From NCBI GenBank assembly GCA_000320545.1, contig ADNK01000234.1, forward strand, positions 1 through 59,164: a stretch of 59,164 nucleotides of DNA, read 5' to 3'. How positions within the stretch are numbered: position 1 is the first letter of the stretch; each line of letters starts with the position of its first letter. Below, in pieces: positions 52,416 to 59,164 of the stretch. This DNA is from Bigelowiella natans CCMP2755 (taxonomy: Eukaryota > Protista > Cercozoa). The notes below the pieces were generated by a model that worked only from the letters and a program-made list of their open reading frames with translations, made no database searches and was not told where the DNA came from. Made by a program: the position numbers and the translations under genes.

Positions 52416-52900
52416 TTATATTATAACTGTCCCGGTTTAGCACCGTACCCCCGCCGACGACCACAAAGCTTAGAAGGCGGTCCCGGTCCTGTAACGTACA
52501 AGAAAAGCCGTGGCAGTTGAGAAAAGGAAGGGAGAGGGGCAAGGGAGGAGGAAGGGGGAAGGTGAGAATAAAAAGAAGAAAAGCTACTCTCTATTCTGTG
52601 TGTTACTCGTCCATAGACAAGCTTCTCATTATTAACCCTCAGTGTGTGAAGATTTCTTCTTTCTCATCTTCTCCCTCCCCCCCCCCCGCCCGCCCTTCAC
52701 ACTTTTACCGCGGTGTTGGAGGGAACACTCGCCCTCTCGAAGCATTCCAGGATCCTGATGCCATGAGATGTGAGGGATTGTTGTCGTCGTTGTCATTTTA
52801 AAGAATTCTTCGACTCGCGTTCATCCCTACCTGTTCCTGATCTTTCGGCTGTGGTACAGATGCTTTAAAAACTGATATGGTTACATATGATAAGAGAATG

Positions 52901-52935
<35 letters not shown>

Positions 52936-53262
52936 ATCTCGTACCATGACTTCGTCTCCCTCCCTTTCATCGACGCCGGGAGTGTTGAATGTGTTGGTCT
53001 TGGCACCGGTGGCAATGACAAGAAAATCATACTGGATTTTGAATTCCTTCTGTATAAAAGAAGATACGAAGCAAAGTGATCGATTTGAGATAGTTTGGCG
53101 AGATGTCTTCTTAGCCATAGAGTTTGCTTCATTCAGAACAATGGTAACAAAAAGTACAGCCAAAGAAAGGGGGGGTTGCTTTGTAAGAGACATCACTGTT
53201 GCTGCACTTGCAATGGCTGGAGCGCATGACAAAAAATCCACAGCTGAAACTTTTCTTCTTCG

Positions 53263-53304
<42 letters not shown>

Positions 53305-53750
53305 AACACACACCACACATTTATATATTTAGATAAAATAAATATCACGATTACATAAAATTATTAAAAATGCACTCAAATTTCTAGAATAACCATTTCC
53401 AGATATTATTGCGAAAATACATTATTAGATACTTTCTCGCCACCTCCCAGCCGTGTGTGGCTGAAGGTAGTAGTGGTAGCAGTAGGAGGAGGAGGAGGGG
53501 GAGGATGAAGAGTAGGAGTAGAATCAATTTTTACCTCCTTAAAAATATCAGAGCAGCTGATCTCTCTCGTATCGAAATCGATTGTTCGTGCTTTCGCCTA
53601 GTACAAGCAGCAAGCAGCAGCCTTAGAGATCATATCCACAGAAAAAAAGGGGGGGAAGATGCGGAGCGAGAGAGGGCATGTGCAAGTGTGAGGAGAACCT
53701 GGTAGTACTCTCCCAGCCCTGGGATTGTACGCACGGGCTCCTGAACCAAG

Positions 53751-53795
<45 letters not shown>

Positions 53796-54469
53796 CATCA
53801 CGGTGCAGGATTGATCGAGGAGTGACGCAGAGAGTTATCGTTAACTTGGCACATTCAGAACCTGGATGCATCGAAACTCCAACGTTCCAACGGCGGTAGA
53901 AGGTAACAACGGGGTGAAGAGGAAATGATTTGCTGGGCTGATGACCTATTCCAGGGAAGAAGATGCAAAACCGGCGTTAATGATGGTTAAGTGGCACAAC
54001 GACAACAGATAGCACGCGAGACGGGACGATATACGGCCGAAGGGAAGAATGTTGAGATGTTTATTCTTCAAGAGAATCTGTTTCACGTAGATTTTGGATG
54101 ATTACCCTGACATCATATTTGTCCTTATCGAGATTCTTAGCAACATGGAACCCTCCTGAGTGGGTGGGTGAGTGAGTGAGTGAGTGAGGAGTTTGGACAA
54201 CAAAAGTGAACGATTTACAAAATTACCCCAACCACTGCCAAGAACTACAACCCTCGGCTTTCCCTGGGTCCCGCCTGCAGTCGCCAGATTTCGTCTTTGC
54301 AGTGCGGGTAAGACCACACGGAGTCGTGTAAGCTTACGGAACTGCGTTGGAAGAAAAATCAAAGTTTTGTCGGGAAAAGGGGTCTTAAGTTCTTTGTGTA
54401 TGGCATTCATGGTAAATAGATCGATAGAGAACTCTTCTTGCAAACGATGCGTGTCACCATCTTCGCCAT
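50634..54469 (-). CDS. Type II (alternative) NAD(P)H:ubiquinone oxidoreductase, mitochondrial NDA-like; multi-exon
   Basis: Mitochondrial-like presequence MAKM|[21 protein letters not shown]. Motifs [50 protein letters not shown] and [38 protein letters not shown]. Confidence 0.93.
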
Positions 54470-55008
54470 CGGATCTCCTGATTTTGAATTGTCATGAATC
54501 AGCTGTGCTCCAACATCCGCTCAGGTCACTGAGGATATTGTTGTTGTAGTTGTTGCTAAAATATAGACGAAATATATACATAATAATATCTAAAAAAGAT
54601 ACCAGCAATGTATGTTTTTATCTCGGCGGCACCGTGCACATGGAAGAAACGCACACGATGGTTTTCCCGCAATGAAATTCATCGCAGAAACATCTGTGAA
54701 ACATGGCCATGGCACACCACTGGTGCAGTCCAGCGTTCCAGGAAATTTCGAGCAAGCCAATCTCTGGGAGCCAAGACCCGACTTAAGCTGAGACACGGGA
54801 TGGATGATGTCGCATAACAAATATGTCATGCGTCTGCATAACTAAAGGGGCATCAGTCAGCGACCGGGGGATAACCGGTATTTCAGGGATTTTTTGTCAT
54901 CTTCGAGCTTCCCTTGCTCCGTTTACAAACTCGGAATACCAACGAGTAATCTGGCTACCTCTCCTCCTCCTCCCCCCTTGGAGACCACTCTTGTTGGGGA
55001 CAGCTGCC

Positions 55009-56244
55009 ATGGAAGAAGAGAAGCGTGATGCGATCCAAGACGTCCAGGAGCTGTCCCGACGGGCATCTCAGCGCGTTAAGGAGCACATTGGCAACTTGAA
55101 TATGACGAGACCGGGTGCAGTTTCAAGCCAGGATGTGAAATCCCAGGGAATTTGGGCCATGCCTTGGCTACGCCTTCCACGGTGTGGGAATGGCCGTAAC
55201 TCACCGCATGTAAGATTTGCAGACGGTTATGAGACGGATGAATACGAGCACGATGGTGAGGAGGAAACGCTGATCACAAACAAGCTTGCGACAGATGATG
55301 ACGAGCGTGAAAGTATGGAAGAAGATCCGCTCATAATCATCAGGGTTTTTGGTGTCTTATTATTCATTGGGACTGGTGTTATTCTTTATGGAATCATGGA
55401 AGGCTGGAGTCCACTTACTGCGCTGTACTTCGTGGTCGGCACCGTCACGGCAGTAGGGTGCGGAGACTTGCATCCTGCCACGTACGGGGGGCAGCTCTTC
55501 ACTGCGTTTTACGCCGTGATCGGCATTTGCATTGTGTTCCGCATACTCCTATTCCTAATTTCACTTCTCCTCGACAGGCATGAAAGCTTCCTCCTACAGA
55601 TTATCTCGACCGATGACCATCGTCCTCTAGCCGAGTTGCGGTCGCAAGCGAACGAGTTAAAAAAGAAGAAGTGGACCAACACGATTATATTTTCGGCTAT
55701 CACTGTTCTCTTGTACGCCACTGTTGGAACATGTTTTTGGTCAATTGGACAGGGTCTCAGTGTGACGACTTCATTATACCTTGTTGTGACAACTCTTCTG
55801 ACAATTGGATACGGAGACATAAAACCTAGTACCCTCGGGGACGGAGCGCTAGCCTTTTCGGTCGTGTTTGTCCTGACTGGAGTTTCTATTACTGCATACA
55901 TCATCTCGAAGGTCGCAGAGATGCATCTTGAACACCTCTAGAACGAACGTCGGGAAAGAGTTCTAATGCAGAAACTCACACGCCGTCGCATACAGAACAT
56001 GATGAACGAGTCCAAGATAAGTAAGGTTGAAGAGATAGGAGAGTCTCTAGAGGAACTGCCGTGGGCGACATTCCTCTCGGTTATGCTTTTGGAAATGGAC
56101 CTAGTTGATGAGCAATCGATGATGGAAATTCGAGCTCGATGGGAGGAGCTCAGGGATAGCGAGAGGCGTCACGCGATCAAACGAAACATGGAAGTTCTTA
56201 CGAATCCTTCGACGAAAAGCATAGCAGTGAATGGTGAGGTGTGA
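55009..56244 (+). CDS. Intronless two-pore (TPK/K2P-like) potassium channel interrupted by an in-frame TAG at 55939-41; possibly a recent pseudogene
   Basis: Four TM helices and two pore loops (ALYFVVGTVTAVGCGDLHP; SLYLVVTTLLTIGYGDIKP). After the TAG the same frame continues NERRERVL...WATFLSVMLLEMDLVDEQSMMEIRARWEEL, which resembles the plant TPK C-terminus. Confidence 0.85.
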
Positions 56245-56422
56245 TTAACAGATAACGTGATTGCACAGTAGAAGTTTGGGTTCAAGGCAATTCAGCTGCA
56301 ATCGATGAATCACAAAATGTCATAATGTAACTGTCAAACAACACGCAGCAATGCATCTTCCTACTGATGTAGGATGTGCGTGCAATGGTGTGCCTAGATT
56401 CGCTCTGGCGTTGTGTGCTGTA

Positions 56423-57003
56423 CGTGCTCACATAGCGCTGTCGCATGCAGTCGATCAAGTCAGATGTAGGAATGTCTAGATGTAGGAAACCCTCCTCCGC
56501 GCGCGTGCCCCGCCACCCGGAAAAACACTTCTAGACCTCTAGACCTGTTTGTGCTCACTTTTCTTGATGCAGCAGGCTTGGACGTCTAGACGTGCATCAT
56601 CCACGAACTTTGCCCATCGCTGCTGCTCACAGACCATGCCCCACACTTCACACTTCATTTCCCCACTGTTCGCGGTAGCAAAAATTGCCAAAATGCGCAA
56701 CATGAAAATTTGTCCACTGCTGATCGACCCATGCTGAACTGAATTGCTAGAATGACATGGTGAAAACCACAGGCACATCACACGTCAATTGTGAAAAGAA
56801 TCTTTGTCAAAAGTGACATGGCAAGAACCCACAGCAGAGCATCGCACCATTGCCCACATCGCAGAATTCACAGCCAGAGCACCAACTGACATCAATGCGC
56901 TCTCCCACTAGAGATTCTGCAATGATCGTCATGCTTTCTTTTCGCGCCAGACGGGATTCGCCGCAGGGAGAGTCTCCGGGAAGATCTTCACACACCAATG
57001 GCA

Positions 57004-57055
<52 letters not shown>

Positions 57056-57509
57056 GATCACACACATGCAACACCAGCTGGAACAACCCAGCGCAATGAT
57101 GGACACCAGGACACAGCAATTTGGCAATGCAATGCGTTGTGTGCACGTGTGTGTTGCATTTGTGCTTGTCTGCAATGAACATCCATTACATTGTCCACAA
57201 TCACAACCGATTCAATTCGTGTGATGCGTGCAATGCAATTGTGCCACAACAGCACACAACGTTGCAGCAGCTCGCTTTTGTTGAACTGCAGTTGATTTTG
57301 AGCATCATGTAGCGGTGTGCTCTGTGTTCAAATCGCAACAGGGCAGGGCCGACGGATGGATTTCTGATTCGGACACGCACGCGGGCTTTCGACAAACAAA
57401 AGACGGGTGTCCAGAACTGTTTCATCGAGAACAGGCTTTTCGAACGCACACCCAACTTTGTAGCGCGTACCACTACGCGGGCACAAGTCACGTGCGACAA
57501 CAAAGGGGT
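56423..57509. other. TpA-depleted island C
   Basis: Manual count: 15 TA in ~1.09 kb, 13 in CTA/TAG context and 2 exceptions (about 57187, 57468). It ends abruptly at the LTR. Confidence 0.9.
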
Positions 57510-57784
57510 TGTCGCGGATATAGAATATAGATAACGTAGATATTAATACAGCATAGGCACGTGGGTTCCGGCGGGACTCATGGCAGCACACCGGAAGTGT
57601 GCTGCCCCACGTGCGGCGGCATTCGCGAAAGCTTCGCGAATGATTACGCAGTGCACGATTTAATAAAAATATAATCTTTAATAAAAATAAACACAACTCT
57701 TCAAAAGGAAGCAAACGTGCCTTTCCCCCCCCCTGCCTACTTGTGCACGTAGCGCCTCGGCCTGTGAACACCTTACGCGCAACA
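57510..57784 (+). repeat. Putative 5' LTR (~275 bp)
   Basis: Starts TGTCGCG and ends CGCAACA (imperfect terminal inverted repeat). Contains duplicated TTAATAAAAATA (polyA-signal-like). The second LTR is outside the window. Confidence 0.7.
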
Positions 57785-57789
57785 ACCTT

Positions 57790-57812
57790 TGGCTTCCACA
57801 CACGGGAAACGA
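57790..57812 (+). promoter_or_regulatory. Primer-binding site, tRNA-Glu-like
   Basis: TGGCTTCCACACACGGGAAACGA lies 5 nt after the LTR end. Its reverse complement resembles a tRNA 3' end (TCG.TTCCCG...GTGGAAG-CCA). The isotype is tentative. Confidence 0.6.
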
Positions 57813-57823
57813 TTTGACTAACA

Positions 57824-59164
57824 ATGTCACAGCAGCTAGAAGAACAGCAGGACTTTGGCTCGCAGGCCGTGCAAGGGCACGAGCAGAAACAGGAAAGGAA
57901 GGGCGATACGGACGCTAAGGAAGGAGGAGGAACACCTCCACAGGCACCGCCGGGACCAGCACCCGGGATTAAGAAAGCAGATGCAGCAGCAGAGGCACTG
58001 GAGAACTTCTACGAGGCGGACGACGAGGACGTGGCCGCCGAAAGCAAGAAGGTCGTAATGGCATTACGAGCCTTGCGACCCAGGGCGAGCAACTACGCCA
58101 AACTGAAAGTATCGATAGAATACAAGTATCAGACACATGATGTTTGGGCAGCTATCATGCAGGACATCATGGATTACGAAGCAGACTTACCTCCAGAGTG
58201 GGCAGCTTTGTTTAGGAACGACGGGGGTCTGGGCGCCTCGCGGGGGACGACCCAGAGCACCGTCAAGCAGCAGCAGCCGGTACAGCGGAACACCCAGTTC
58301 ATGTCTGTTAAAACAGCACCGGTTATGATAACGAAATACAACGGGAAAAGAGGTGAGGCAAGGAGGTGGTGGAAGAACGCTAGGAGTATACTCTGCGACT
58401 TTACCCCTAACCCCACCGAAAACGACAAGCTCAAATGGCTAGCTATAATAAAGCAAGCCATGGACCTTTACGAGACAGGCAGGACCCGGATCAGGCAGCT
58501 AGAGAAAATACACACTACAGTTAGTGGGCTACGAGACGTTGAGGCGATAATGAAGGCTTTTGTAAATGAACAGGATGCTAACTCCCTACCCCAGGCTATT
58601 AGAAAATACAGAGCAATGATGCAGCATGAGAGAGAACCTGTTAGAGACTTTGCCACGCGCTTCCAGGATATGATCGACGAACTACATGATTTTAATTACA
58701 ACACAGGTGATGATCAGGCAAGGTTTGAAGAGTTCAAGTTAAAGATAAAGGAATCCACTTACGTTACGGAGAAAGGCTACACCACGATGGAGGCAGCAGT
58801 GCAGGCTATATCCCTACGCGAGCAGGAGCAGGACCGCAAGTTTACCAGCCCTAAGGTACCTGGCATAGGAAACATTAACGCTATTAAGCCGCAGCGAGAC
58901 TGGTACAAGGACAGGGAAGGTAACCGACGTTGCGGATACTGCTCACGTAAAGGGAAACACACCGCTAAAGACTGCAGAGACAGGAAAGAAGGACGACCCA
59001 GGATGACGATCAGGCAGCTCAACGAACACTACGAGAAGTTAAAGAGAAAGAAAGGCAGAGGACAAGGATATAACAACAGCAAATGGCAAGGCAGCAACAA
59101 CGGGAAGAACAATAAATATAAGAACAAAAAGCAGAACAGTATCAATGCTATACAGCAGCAGATA
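57824..59164 (+). CDS. gag: Retrotransposon Gag, open to the window end (absent from the ORF track because it has no stop)
   Basis: MSQQLEEQQDFG... is open for 447 codons. It has KYNGKRGEARRWWK, an MHR-like MQHEREPVRDFATRFQDMIDEL, and a zinc knuckle CGYCSRKGKHTAKDC at 58931-58975. Confidence 0.88.
   Translation, partial: MSQQLEEQQDFGSQAVQGHEQKQERKGDTDAKEGGGTPPQAPPGPAPGIKKADAAAEALENFYEADDEDVAAESKKVVMALRALRPRASNYAKLKVSIEYKYQTHDVWAAIMQDIMDYEADLPPEWAALFRNDGGLGASRGTTQSTVKQQQPVQRNTQFMSVKTAPVMITKYNGKRGEARRWWKNARSILCDFTPNPTENDKLKWLAIIKQAMDLYETGRTRIRQLEKIHTTVSGLRDVEAIMKAFVNEQDANSLPQAIRKYRAMMQHEREPVRDFATRFQDMIDELHDFNYNTGDDQARFEEFKLKIKESTYVTEKGYTTMEAAVQAISLREQEQDRKFTSPKVPGIGNINAIKPQRDWYKDREGNRRCGYCSRKGKHTAKDCRDRKEGRPRMTIRQLNEHYEKLKRKKGRGQGYNNSKWQGSNNGKNNKYKNKKQNSINAIQQQI

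Larger units (their letters stand above)
57510..59164 (+). mobile_element. 5' part of an LTR retrotransposon (probably Ty3/gypsy): LTR, PBS, gag
   Basis: A TG...CA-bounded segment is followed by a tRNA-like PBS and an open gag frame running off the window. Superfamily cannot be confirmed without pol. Confidence 0.85.

Noticed and set aside
55939-55941. Genome-wide UAG reassignment (alternative genetic code)
   Set aside because: TAG terminates the BASS4-like, hydrolase, LHCII, aroC and AAA genes at plausible C-termini, and I saw no other internal TAG in the exons I reconstructed.
57501-57509. AAAGGGG before the LTR as a polypurine tract (shared-LTR tandem element)
   Set aside because: Too short to distinguish from chance, and the upstream DNA shows no recognisable pol remnants.
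1-59164. CRISPR arrays, rRNA or tRNA genes
   Set aside because: No repeat-spacer arrays or recognisable structural RNA genes seen; the window is eukaryotic nuclear DNA.

Overview
Gene-dense eukaryotic nuclear DNA with short GT-AG introns full of microsatellites. It is most likely from a chlorarachniophyte alga (inference): a green-type chlorophyll a/b LHCII protein, chorismate synthase and a BASS4-like transporter carry signal-peptide + transit-peptide leaders typical of a secondary green plastid, and the ABA4-like gene has a transit-like leader. By hand-splicing I can support about 16 genes, many in head-to-head pairs: a selenoprotein W-like gene with an in-frame UGA in a CGGU motif, BASS4/SLC10A7-like transporter, ABA4-like protein, J-like protein, FG-repeat protein, nucleotidyltransferase/HAD/kinase fusion, alpha/beta-hydrolase, LHCII, SAM- and RGS-like proteins, secreted PLL-like lectin, chorismate synthase, double AAA ATPase, MA3/PDCD4 protein, type II NADH dehydrogenase, and a two-pore K+ channel with an in-frame TAG. 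There is also a MITE and the 5' end of an intact-looking LTR retrotransposon. The most striking unexplained signal is three ~1.1-1.3 kb intergenic islands, plus weaker patches, where TpA has almost disappeared except in CTA/TAG context. CA/TG is abundant there and CpG is retained. This looks like a targeted, context-specific TA->CA/TG hypermutation of non-expressed DNA, opposite in direction to fungal RIP. Exon boundaries and counts are manual and approximate.
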